A DNA stretch of 56,178 nt, the filler included, from Basidioascus undulatus (Eukaryota), in assembly GCA_000826855.1 (NCBI GenBank). It is 4 parts of 4 records of this genome, joined end to end, with 100 filler letters (N's around TTAATTAATTAA, not from the genome) between each part and the next. Parts side by side here need not be neighbours in the genome. Positions count along the whole stretch, not along the records: positions 1 to 29,266 come from JTLS01000132.1; 3 more parts are not named here. One strand, written 5' to 3'. The notes below the pieces were generated by a model. The model was not told the DNA's origin and did no database searches. It was given only the letters and a program-made list of their open reading frames with translations. Positions 1-13,273 of the stretch are shown piece by piece. Positions within the stretch are counted from its first letter, which is position 1; every line of letters starts with the position of its first letter. Made by a program: the position numbers and the translations under genes.

Positions 1-1036
1 CCCCTCCTGCCCCCCTCACGCACCTCTGCCCACCCGCCCGCCATCCGCCTGTCAATCTACGCCCTCTCCTTCGCACCCGCCTTCGTGATCCTCACGCTCT
101 CGCACGAGAGCCTTTTCTACTGCGCCTTCGCGGGGACGCTGTTTTTGTGGTTGCGCGTGGAGGGGCTCGTCGAGGCGCAGGCGGCTGCGGGGGCAGCTGT
201 GGGCAAGGAGGGAGGAAGGGCACAGAAGGGGAGGAGCAGGATAGTGAGGTGGGACGACGTAAGGAGGGCGACGTGGTTCTTGTTCTTTGTGCATGTGGGG
301 TTTTTCGGGACGGGGAAGTGAGTCGCCCGAGAGCAGAAGAGGGAGCAGGGAGGGGAGGATGCTGATTTGTTTTGGGGGTGGGGTGGGACAGCGTCGCGAG
401 CATCTCGAGCTTCTACCTCGGCTCCGTGTTCAGGCTCATGACCGTCTTCAACCCGTTCCCGATGGCTGCGCTGCTGGTCCGTCCCTTCCCCCTCTCTTCG
501 CTCTCGTCGGGTAGGGTAGGGTAAGGCAACGCTGAGCGGTGGGGTGGGTGGGAGGCAGTTGTACAAGATCCTCATCCCCTTCCTCGTCCTCTCCGCCGTC
601 TTCGGCACGCTCAACGCGCACCTCGGCCTCCCGCCTTTTGCGCTCTTCTTGCTCGTGCTCGCTATGACGGATGGTGCGTCCCTCTTCTCTTCCTTTCCAC
701 CTTCCGTTTCCCTCCTCGCTGACGCCCCGCCCGGAACGGAAGTCCTCACCCTCGCCTTCTTCTTCCTCGTCACTGACGAAGGCTCCTGGCTCGAGATCGG
801 TCCGTCCCCTCTCCCCTCTCCCCTCTCCCCTCTCCCCTGTTCCCCCCGCAAGTAACTCATTGACTATAGGACAAACAGGCCAAACCATCTCCCACTTTGC
901 GATTGCGAGCCTGCTCCTCGTGTTCAACGCGGGCGTGTACGCGCTCGGGCAGGCGATGATGCGCGAGGAGGGGCCGGTGCCGGGGCGGAAGGTGGAGCAC
1001 GGGAAGGGGAAGGGGGGGAGTGATAAGAGGGTGTGA
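1..1036 (+). CDS. MCD4: GPI ethanolamine phosphate transferase 1 (PIG-N/Mcd4), 3' exons only; 5' end outside the window
   Basis: Spliced translation gives the PigN C-terminal membrane motifs ...HESLFY...FFGTG / VASISSFYL..VFRLMTVFNPF / YKILIPF...SAVFGTLN / FFFLVTDEGSWLEIG / TISHFAIASLL. Four GT-AG introns; stop TGA at 1034-1036. Confidence 0.93.
806..838. repeat. Intronic (CCCCTCT)n pyrimidine microsatellite
   Basis: About 4.5 tandem copies of a 7-mer in the last MCD4 intron. Confidence 0.8.
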
Positions 1037-1414
1037 TTGAGGGGTGGGGGGATGATGGATAGATTTTTTTTCGCGGATATGCGGTGCGATGAGAAGTTGC
1101 TGAGGTCGTCGGAATGCTGGCTGTCCTGTCCTGATCTCCACCCGGTGGGTATTCAGCGATCTTGACTCGGTGCCGCTCCAGAATTGACGGTGGACGACTG
1201 AGCCAAGGCACGAACGCGCAGTGTAGTGCCGGCGGCTCGACAGAAAGCTGTTCAACCTCAGGAATACTGCATACGGATACATTGAATGGCAGAACACAAA
1301 AGGAAGACAAGATGTACAGTCCGTGAAGACGAATAGGCAGCAAAAAACGAATAACCACTGCCGGGTTCGATCCTACGACATTTTGTATTGAGGGTACACC
1401 GGAGGCCCGGTGAC

Positions 1415-2050
1415 TCCTGTTCCATGATGACTGCCTCTTCAACGAGATGAGAGTCCTCAGTCTCCTCCGCAGCAGGGACATGGTGCTGGCCCCCAAACTC
1501 CTGGGCATATACAATGACCGCGGGTGCACGATGCTCGTTACTAAAATGGTGTACGGGATGTGAATGTCCCACACTCCTGTATGGGCATTCCCTATGATGG
1601 CAGAGTCACTGAAGCAGTGCCAGAGGCAAATGCATCTGTGAGGTCTAATGTCATGGGGAGCCTCCAGCCTACTTAGTGCCTTATCCCTTCGCTCATCGAC
1701 TACTCTGGTGACGCCCTGCACTTCCCAGGGCCCTTCAAGCAGTCAGAGAAGAACGAGTTCGTGCTCTGCCACTGCAACACCTCTGAGGAGAGCGTGCTGG
1801 TCAATCCCTTTACTTTCAGGGTGAAGGCCATCCTGGATTGCAGTATGCCGACTTTTACCAAGGACTTTGAGTGCAACCCCATCACCGAGTACCACAAGCC
1901 CCCTGGTACCAGGATCAGTCACGAGCAGCATGTGGGGTACATGAAGGGGATCATCAAGGCATGGCAGTGTGAGTGTGTGCCGGCGGAGCCGCCTCGCCGC
2001 GACACTCACCGCAGGCGGCGGCGGTGCTCCAGTCAGAGCCACCCGTAGGT
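1415..2050 (+). pseudogene. Aminoglycoside-phosphotransferase (APH)/kinase-like pseudogene
   Basis: Frames piece together LFNEMRVLSLLRSRDMVLAPKLLGIYNDRGCTMLVTKMVYG*..., (H)SVRSNVMGSL..., EFVLCHCNTSEESVLVNPFTFRVKAILD and a shifted (W)QYADFY..KDFE. This matches the fungal APH-family pattern (NE...PKV...FVxCHxDL..N.lVdP....vkaiiDWEYAgFY). In-frame stops (TGA 1561-1563, TAG ~1673) and at least two frameshifts. Confidence 0.75.
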
Positions 2051-2084
2051 CCCTAAAACTGGGCGGTGAGGGCAGGGGGCACTA

Positions 2085-3150
2085 GTGCTGAAGCGCTTCT
2101 CTATGCAGCCCGTCACTGCAGATGAAGTCGAGGCCGCCGTGGCAACCTCGCCCAGCAGCAAAACAGACAGTTGGAAAGCCACCAAGAGTAGTGCCCCAAT
2201 GGCTACCCCCGTCCATACGACGCAACCACTCCCGTGCCTGCACGGGGCGGCAAGGAATCGTGGATAGGGACAGGCTGAAGGCATAGTGGAGAGGCGAGCA
2301 CATACATTCTACTGTACCCCATCTACATGCAGTGCTGACAATTTGTCTGTTGGCTGGCCCTGCAGCGCAGTGCCTTATCCAAGACCTCCCCGCGCCCGCG
2401 TCCGCGTCAACGGTCGATCCCGTAGCTGCGCGTGGCGCTCGAGAACGCCCTGCGACCAAGCCGATCGCGGTCAAGCGAGAGCTCCTCCAGGACGAGGACC
2501 GGCTCAACAAAGAGTTCCGCGCGTTGAACACGCACGGGGCAAAGTCGAAGGACAAGAAGGAGCCGACGGCGGAGAAGCCCGCGAAGGAGAAGAAAGAGAA
2601 GACAGCGAAGGCCAAGGTCGCGAAAGACCCCGCGGTCGTCGTCCAGGTCATAGTCTCGACCGACGGCGCCAGCAAGTCCAAGGGCAAGGCCAAAGCGTCC
2701 ACGTCCACCTCTTCGACTCCCGCAGCACTAAGCCGAAGAAGACCGCGGTGCCTACCGCTGTCGCTTCCTCCTCCCTTCCCGCCCCCTTCGTCCCCAAGCT
2801 GAAAGCCGCCCGCGGCCGAAGGCTACCGCCCCTCCTCCTCCACCGCCAAGCGCCCTGCATCCTCCACCGCCCCCTCCGCCGCTCCCGCAAAGCTTACCAA
2901 GAAGGCTGCCGCGCCTCCGCCCGCCGCTCCTTCGGGATCCTCACCGGCGTCCTCCGCCCCGCCTTGCGGATCCCACCGCCCGGCGCATCGGGACAAAGGG
3001 GGAAAGGAATGCTGGGCACTACGTATGGGGACTTTCCGTTCGAGGCGAGGAGGGTCGATTGAGGGGGAGGGTACGACGATGAGGACGAGGACGAGGAGTA
3101 CGAGAGCACGGGGTACGGCTATGGGACGGTCTGTTTCGAGCGTCTGGTAA
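2085..3150 (+). pseudogene. Frameshifted K/A/P/S-rich low-complexity coding relic; may be the tail of the upstream APH-like pseudogene
   Basis: Coding-like sequence (KSKDKKEPTAEKPAKEKKEKTAKAKVAK...; acidic YDDEDEDEEYE near 3075) that switches frame several times and contains stops. No family recognised. Confidence 0.4.
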
Positions 3151-4698
3151 TGGAAGGATGTGGATTACTGCTTGGTTGAATCTGTCGTTTCTACTTGTTT
3201 GCGCCTGTCTTCCCGACTATCACGATTCGAAGGCGACCCTTGCATCGGTTGCTTTTTGAGAAACGGGGGTGACGACCGCCCGTCCTTGCGCTGGGCAATT
3301 CATCGCGGTGCAGTGCTCTTACGGGCGTCACTGCACTTTGACAAGTAAAGTTCTTTTATGCTGGCCATTAACCGTCCCCAGCTGTCACTGCGACTTCCGG
3401 GAGCGCTGCAGAAGTTCGCAGCCGGCAGCGCAATTTTGTGACGACGGCCAGGCAGCGCCCAAGCTTGATTCTGCCATAAACTTGCCTCTGCCATTATACA
3501 CAGAGTTCGAAACCCCCAACCAACCAATATTTTTACCTTGTTCTGTAGGTAACGACACATTGGCATGGACGATTTTCAGAAGGTGGCGGCAGCAACGTCG
3601 TGAAATCACACGCACAGCCGGTCGCTCCAGTTCGGGGTGGAGTAGCTTCAGCCTTCTCATGCCAATACTTTCACGTCTACAGTCCAATTTCCCGCAGTAA
3701 CCATGTCATTTTTTTCGAGATTGCATGAAGCCTGTAGTGTCATTGAGTGTCACGGCGAACTTGCACCCTGCAGTGCTGGAAACCATCTTACTGCCTGCCG
3801 CCGGGGGATTGACCCCAGCTAATCCGAAGCGTGTCTTGTATCTTGACAGTTGAACCAGACTATTTCGATTCTAGTATGATCTTCAGCATGATCCTCAGGA
3901 ATTCGCTTCTTTTTTGCCCATCGCCGATCCCTGTGCACGAAGACGACAGCAACAGGCAGGTGGCAGCACATGCCACCCGACAGCCCAAGGAGCACCACAC
4001 CCCCTTGCCGAAGCTTGTAATATAATGCTGCCTTACGGGACTATCTCTGGAGGAACCGTAAAGGGGGCGAGCTACGGGAGTACGATCAAGCATGACGCGG
4101 ATGAAGATTGTGCGCAGTCCGACCTGCCTTCTCAGGCGGGGATCGCCAGATAGCCACCGAAGAGCGTCCGTTCATGCACACCGCTGATCCCGAGAATGAG
4201 GGAGTTGTTCACAGCAAGACATCCTGCGCTGCAACCAACAGCACGTTCTCGACGCCTCTCCCGCGATAACGGCTAGCACCCCTGCGAGCCCCTCGCTTAC
4301 CCTCCAGCTACAAGCCTGTGCATATCTCTCCTTCCCAAGCAGCCATCCATGTTTCTGAGCCTGAAAATGGCATGTCCGGTGGCTGCAGCGTCTGAAAAAT
4401 GGCAAGCGACGCACAACACCTCCGCGGAGAACGGGCGAATGCGGGGCAAGTCGTTTGGCAAGGAAGGCCGGCTAAAGCTCGGTTTGCTTCCGGCCGTGGT
4501 TTTTCACGGGCAAGTCAGATCGACTCCCAGTCCCGCCTTCCTCCTTGGCCCAACGCCTCTTATACTCGACCCCCATCTTCCCCGCTTTCCTCATCTCGTG
4601 CATCTGGACATCGGATCCCACTGCTACCTTTACAGACTTATACTTTCTACAACACCGCTCTCTTCGTCGTTTCCCAAGTCTTAGAAAGTACCTGCATC

Positions 4699-6941
<2,243 letters not shown>

Positions 6942-7302
6942 CGCGGAGAGGAGAGCATCTGGGACGAAGGTCTTGCTTGCTTTGGATTGAGGGCTGTACT
7001 TGATATGTTGCTCGGTGTTATTTGTACGAGATGTTGATTACTTAGATCTATTGATGCGGGGGTGCTTGCCGCGCAGTTGCGACGTTCCCGCTGTATGTTT
7101 GGGTGGCTTTGCGATTGCAGTTATGGCTTCTGGGCACTTCAACTGAATAGAAAAACACAGGTGAAGATTAAAGCTACTCTCGCCTGGTACATTGTTTGGC
7201 ATTTGGCCTGCGAACAATGCGACGACGCGACAATGTCGCGCTTGACCGCACACGCGTCTTTCCGCCTTTCCACCATCTTCACATCGCGATACTGATCCGC
7301 TC

Positions 7303-7946
7303 ATGAGCTGGAAACCGGTGTTCGATCACGCTCTCGTCGCTTCCAACGACGCTCAGCACGGCGAGGCGCTCAATCTCGACAAGGTCGTGCATACCCGCGT
7401 CCGCCCAACCCTGGACCCAACCCTGGCGCGTTTGAAACTGACTTCGAACTTGCAGGCTACCGCGACTGGGCCAGAGCATGCCGTAGTGTACCTTCTCCGA
7501 TCGCAAACGTTGAAGAAGCTCCGACGCGTGAAGGACGCGTTGAAAGCTGCGAAGCGTTGAGCTCGCGCCGGGTTCAGCAAAGCTACGTGCCTAAACGCCT
7601 TGTTAACCAGTCCCTTGCGATGGACTCATGGTGTCTTGATTAGGGCTACATTCGCTCGGCAAAGCTCTTCACGCTTATATCGAAGCCGTCCTCGGCCCTG
7701 GCGATGTTGGACCTCGCCGCGTCGCGCACTTCGTCCGCCAACGTTCAGCGCACGATCGCCTCGCTCGGAGCGTCCGCGCTTGCCAATCAAGCCACGCTCG
7801 GAAAGGCGCGGACCAAATACGTCCAGAAACTCCCCATCGAGGTCTTACATCTCATCGCTACACCGCCCCGTCATCGGCACGTCTCAAGTAAATCCATCGC
7901 TTCACTGTGGCAAGAGTATTACGAACGGCCGCTGAACGGTCTATAA
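7303..7946 (+). pseudogene. Truncated TPR-F-box (Dia2/Pof3-like) pseudogene
   Basis: MSWKPVFDHAL...GEAL; VYLLRSQTLKKLRRVKDALKAAK [frameshift] VELAPGSAK / GYIRSAKLF...SSALAMLDLA (TPR-like helices); then VQKLPIEVLHLIA (F-box start) and a stop at 7946 with no LRR region. The expected donor at ~7583 reads CTACGT rather than GTACGT. Confidence 0.62.
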
Positions 7947-8759
7947 AAGTAGTGTCAGTGTAAATTTGCGAGGGAATCGGTTTAATAGTCTTGTTCTGGT
8001 GTTGTCATGCTGGCCAAGTTTCATTGCAATGGTGTCGCCGCTTGTTTGAAGGCTGCTTTTGCAAGGCTGCTGCGCATTTTTCGCTACGCTTGTTCTACGC
8101 GCCGGTTTCTAACCGCGCGACTTGAGGTTAACTGAACCAAAAGTGTCTGCTGCGCAAAGCAGTCTACCGCGGACAACTGTATACGTAGCCAGAGAGAGGT
8201 AGTCCCTGTAAGTCGAACAAAATGACCGGCGAGGCGTGAGTCTGGTAAGTTGAACGCAAAGGCAGACGAAGCGCACATGACACAGTCTACGTAGCGCCTG
8301 ACCCAAGCCGGCCAAGTCCTATTAAGCGTTGTGGCAGGCGGTGCCTAGTCTCCGAGGATTCGGCACAGGGGTGTTGATTATCATCGGACCCAAATTAAGG
8401 TGGAGACTGATGGGGAGCCCTCCCTAGGCGTTGGAAACGAGGTGCTGGGGCGGTCTCCATGCGACGACGGTCACCATCTCACTCGCAAGACGCACGCATG
8501 GTCCTCTCTTTTACACCTGCGTATCGCTGGTGACATATTCCCCCATATTCAACGGAAGCATGGTAAGCTTTATCCTATTGTCTTTTCCTTCCCTGTACTG
8601 GGCGTCACAGAGAGATAGTGACTCAGCAAAAACCCCCTCGTGGCGCCTCTGCGCGCATAGGTCAACTTGACCCCGGGAGCGGTAGATGAAAAGTGGGACC
8701 CCTACTTTGAGCCGCCTCATGAGTGGGCAGGGCTAGGGGTTGGTATATTTCGGTCCTTC

Positions 8760-10574
8760 ATGCCACAGGATGATTTGGTTGAAGGCGGCCTCCTCGCGCA
8801 GATAGTGGCGGCCACGGGGACGGTCTCAACGCTCACGACGCTGGGATTGCTTTCATATATCCTGGCGAGTCTTAAGCTTCTGCAAACACCTCCCTTCATC
8901 CCCGCTGAGCATTGCCTCATTGGATTTGTCTGGATGCAGTGGCACGGGAAGCTGTCACCTGCCGCCCGCCGACCAGCTCCTGCTTTCGTAGCTAAAACTA
9001 GCTTTCCCTCCTTCCTTCGGGATGCGTGAGTGTGACTATCTCAACCGAATGAATTCCTATACTGAGTCCGTTGTTCCAACCGCTAGACCTGGGAAATACC
9101 TTGTTAGGTGCGTCACGCCCAGCTTCATTACGGATTTCTACAGCTGACGAGCCGATATACCGTTCAGCCTCCTACTCTCCAACCTCCTTCATGGGCTAGG
9201 CTATAGCTTCGGATACCATTGGGCTCGGATACACGCCATTCTTCCCGGAGCAGTGTGCGATGCACAAGGTTGCCGCCGCTGCATCTTGTCACATCGATAG
9301 ACACTTACGAGCTGTTGAGTCTCCGCTGTCAGGCGTGCTTCTTGGAATAGCGGACTTGGGCTGCTCCATTTGGTATGTGTAAGTAGTTATTTTTTACAAA
9401 AATGCCGTGCTGATCATTGGAATCCAAGTACAGGTCACTGGCATTGGCGTACCACACCTTCGTCCGTCCTGATTTCTTTGGCTTATCTGTTTTGTACCTC
9501 AGCCGCTGACCCTCCAACAGTCGTTACTATACCGTGCGCCCTTTCTCGTCTCCCTTTTCAGTCAGGCTGTACTCACTGCGTGTGACAGTTATCCGCCACC
9601 CACCAGCTTGGCTTGCAACGGCCGTCTTGTGGGTTGGTTGGTCGTTATCCATTCTCATGCCGGTCATCGCCTGTCTCGCTGCAATGAAGCACGGCCGCTT
9701 CTACGACTACAGCGGCGGGCTTTGGTGCTGGATCTCAGGGCGCTTCGATATCTCCCAGTTGCTCTTCTACTTCGTGCGCATTTCCATGGTGGTCCATCTA
9801 CGGGAGCGAGCTGACGACACCTCCCGTGGTAAAGATTCCGGCCTTCACGTCGATCATCGCCAGTTTAATGTTATATTCCCTCATATTCCTGAAAACGAAA
9901 CGGACGTTCGAATTCCGACGCCAATCCATGGCGGAGCTGTCGTCTAGTACCAGCTCCGCAGGCGAGATCGTGACCGCCGATGGACAAGAGAAAATCGGGG
10001 GGCATTTAATGCGGGTCGCCCGTGGCTTACTTCTTTGTGAGTATGACGAGCATTACCCATCAATGCAGGCTTCATGCTGAAAGCCGCCCTCAGATCCCAT
10101 CATTTATAGCTGCCTGATAATTCCTGTCAGCGTCGTCAAGCTGGGTCAGTACCGCCTCAGAGCATATGCGGATTCTCCAGCTGACAACATGGGATGGGGT
10201 GCAGGCAGTATGGCCGGCTGGCGCTCACCGTTCTCGCTCGCGTGCGTGTCGGGTGTGTTGTTGGCGAGCACCGGTGGGTTAATCCCTCCGCTTTGGGTCT
10301 TCATGGCTTAGGACCGTCCCCGGAGGCAGGTTGGATCGATGTCATCCTATTTCTCTATACTCGACGCTCCTTCATAATCGAAGCGCGGGCGGCATCCCGT
10401 GGCGCAAGATCCCTCTCGGGCACAGTGAAGACCAGTCCGCGTAGCGCTCCCGCGGGGGAGCTCGACGTGGGCGAGTTTATAGCCGAGCACAGACTCTCTA
10501 TATTGGGCGACGAACCGCAAGAGGTCAGAGAGGAGGGCTTTCTGTCTCCTACCAGTCCCCGAAATGCATATTGA
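8760..10574 (+). CDS. Git3/Gpr1-like (cAMP-receptor-like) 7-TM G protein-coupled receptor
   Basis: Multi-exon. GKYLVSLLLSNLLHGLGYSFGYHW...GAVCDAQG, FYDYSGGLWCWIS, MLYSLIFLK, RVARGLLLYPIIYSCLIIPVSVVK, GWIDVILFLYTRR follow the Git3-family TM order. Some exon borders are uncertain. Confidence 0.8.
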
Positions 10575-10620
10575 CGCCGGAGGTTGCGAGGACACTGAAC
10601 CTGCACGGAGTGTGCAACTG

Positions 10621-10732
10621 TTCAAAAAGCTGGAGATTTAAGTCTTTACTAATACACGAGCCTTTTGGAATGCGCGACTATTTAAAAAGCTGGAGATTTG
10701 AGTCTTTATAATACACGAGACTTTTGGAATGC
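10621..10732. repeat. Imperfect tandem duplication, 2 copies, ~60-nt period
   Basis: TTCAAAAAGCTGGAGATTTAAGTCTTTACTAATACACGAGCCTTTTGGAATGC (10621) and TTTAAAAAGCTGGAGATTTGAGTCTTTA-TAATACACGAGACTTTTGGAATGC (10681). Confidence 0.92.
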
Positions 10733-11149
10733 CCCAAAGGCGAGTATAATAGAGTGGGTGTCGGTGAAAACTGGCCCGCAGTTCGGACTGCATGCAGTTC
10801 ACATCGTCAAGAGTTGTGTACCTGGCGAGAGTATGTATTCCTGCATGTATCGCTAGACTTGGGGGCACGCGAATCCAACTCAGCCAAGCCAGTTTGTGCT
10901 AGGCGGGACAGGGACCAAGTCTGCCGCACCCACAGGAGTGTGCTTGTCGAAAGAACTTGTTCGAACAAGCCCATCCAATTGGGCCTTTCAAAATGTAGCT
11001 GTGCAAATATTTCAGGAGAGTGCTCGACGGGCCGTTGCCGCGGACGTAAAATCCGAGTCGCAATCTCAGATTTGCGGACGGTGTCGCTTCTTCCCTCTTA
11101 CGCCCATCACCCTCCGTCGTCCCTCACCGCACCCATCGACAGTCTCGCT

Positions 11150-12606
11150 ATGGACTCTGGACAGATCCAGTTCACCACTTCCGAACGGCGGCTCAACAAC
11201 GGGCTGGATGAGACTTTTGAAGAGTCCGAGGCCGAGCCGGCGAGCGAGTCGCCACCGAGCCTCTTCTGCGCGATCTGCGGCTTGCCGGACTGCGTACCAT
11301 CCTTCGACATTCGCTCAAGCGAGTACGACGCTCTGAAGGCATTCAAAGTGTTTCGCAGAGACGCTTTCACTCCGCTCGGACACGTTCGAGTACTTGCAGA
11401 GGCGGAGGAGGACGAGTCTTGCGACTGGCTCGGCCCTTTCGAGGCGCTCACTGGCCTTTTTGAGCCCGGCTCGGCGACACCCAGCATGATGTATGCCCGT
11501 CTGGCTCAGTATAGCCTCCTCCACTCGTTCGAGTCCTTCAAGGACGAGCTTCTCTACGCCAGAGACCCTGGGGCAAAATGGCAAAGCATCCAGTGCTGGC
11601 AGCGCGTGGACGCCGACCACTTCATACGTCCGTACACCAGCGTTCCACTGCAGAGCGACAAGCCGTTCTCCGTTTTTCCGGTGCACGGCGTCTGCGTGGA
11701 GGTGCTCGAGCAAGCGATACTCGTCCGCATGGGAGACGAGGCGCTTGACGTGCTTCCTGCAGCGATGCGCAGAGAGATAGCTCGTATTCTTGCGTGCGTA
11801 CCAGTCCTGCCCATGTTTCGGACTGATAAACTAAGCATATGGAATGAAGCTGGGAGGGCCTGAACAGATTGTACCACAGCGACAGCGCCGTGATTCCTCG
11901 CCTCACCGGCTCTGACTGGCTGACGCTCTGGGGCGACCTTGAACTGAAACCGGTACGCTTCGGAGCTTCATCCTCTTCCTTCAATAAAAGTGGCTGACTG
12001 GATTTTTATGACGTTTTTGTGCAGTACATGCTCGTATCTCCCCTCTTTCCTCACTTCTACCCTGATGCGACGCCTGCGCCGTCCGAGGAGGTTGCCATCA
12101 CGATGCCGTTCTCTTTCAACCTGTCTGAGCGCCAGGGTCAGGCGAGTCCTGCACGACGGGCTCAGCGGGGCTCTCACCTTATACTCCTGCCGGCCGAAAT
12201 CCTGCATGAGCTTGTCGTCGAGCTGCTATACATCAAGGGCTCGCAGCAGCCGACCTTTCACGCTCTGCGTCATTCCTGCTCGTTCTTCCTTCGCGGCGTC
12301 TATCGGACCAGGGTCTGGGTCATCCTTACTCTCGCGCTGTCACTCTTCACCTTTCCAGAGTTCAGGACACTGCACCTCCGCGTGCGCGAGGACTTCAAAC
12401 GAGTCGAATGGCGAGACCGGCTCGTGCGTCGCGTGGGTACATTCGACAAGCAGGACGCGGGCTACAGGTTGTGGGCACGCTTTGCGGGGGATCCAGGGGT
12501 AAGGGCGAGGCGCAGGTTGAATTCTAGGATCCTGGAAATATGGAGAGAGATCACCGAGTTAATGAAGTCGGAGGATGAGGACGGGGAGGACGAGGACGGG
12601 GACTAA
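11150..12606 (+). CDS. Fungal protein with N-terminal CxxCG motif and C-terminal F-box-like segment
   Basis: ATG 11150; three exons splice in frame (introns ~11793-11867 and ~11953-12024). Motifs LFCAICGLP, VFPVHGVC, LILLPAEILHELV (F-box-like) and terminal GVRARRRL...IWREI; stop 12606. Confidence 0.7.
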
Positions 12607-13273
12607 GGACGGGTCTTGAGAGTCTGCATGTGCGCATGTGATCATACACGATATCATCCGCTGCATTGTTTGCCTGAAGCAGCTCGTGTGGCGAAGAATG
12701 AACTAATCGACATCACGATTAGGTATAATCACCCTTAACGATTCTGCCCTGTGGAAGGGCAACTAGGTTTGTCAGCCAACCACCTCCCGGAGCTCGGAAG
12801 CGACGCCCAGTCCAGGCGTATGATCCGGTTTGACAGTGCACTGCACTCCCCCGCGACCTCGCCGACTGCGCCGACCAGCCAACCCTAGTTAGTGCACGCT
12901 TTGCCTTGACTGCTTCGCAGCCGATGAGTGTGGCGCTCCTCATGACGCGACGGAGAACAGGAAGCGAAAGCGGCGTCTTGTGCGCTCCAGGTAGGCACGC
13001 CGACTTGACAGTCGCTCGAAAGCCGCTGGCTCGGCGCAGAGGGTGTCCCGAAGCAGGCGCTGCTACGCAAAGTCTTCAATAAATTTGCTTCCTGCACTGC
13101 TCCATATGTTGTTGTCCCCAAGCTGCAGCATTCGCCAGATCCGGAAGTGTACTCGCATCGCATCGCAGCAAAAGCGCGACCCACTCCCGCATATACAACA
13201 CGAGCCGCCCCTCGCCTCTCTCCATCCAACAATTCCGACCTCATCCCCAACCCCACCCCCAAGTCCGATTCCT

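Noticed and set aside
509..553. GGGTAGGGTAGGGT...GGGGTGGGTGGG, telomere-like or G-quadruplex-like
   Set aside because: Short, intronic and typical of the purine/pyrimidine-skewed introns throughout this window; not a TTAGGG array.
1340..1420. B-box-like GGGTTCGATCC next to an A6 run, suggesting a tRNA
   Set aside because: No consistent acceptor, D or anticodon stems on either strand; at most an unrecognisable relic.
3160..4400. Several 60-140 aa ORFs on both strands
   Set aside because: No coding bias, motifs or consistent splice structure.
10621..10732. Direct repeats as a possible CRISPR array
   Set aside because: Only two adjacent copies with no spacer-sized unique sequence, no cas genes, and a eukaryotic context.
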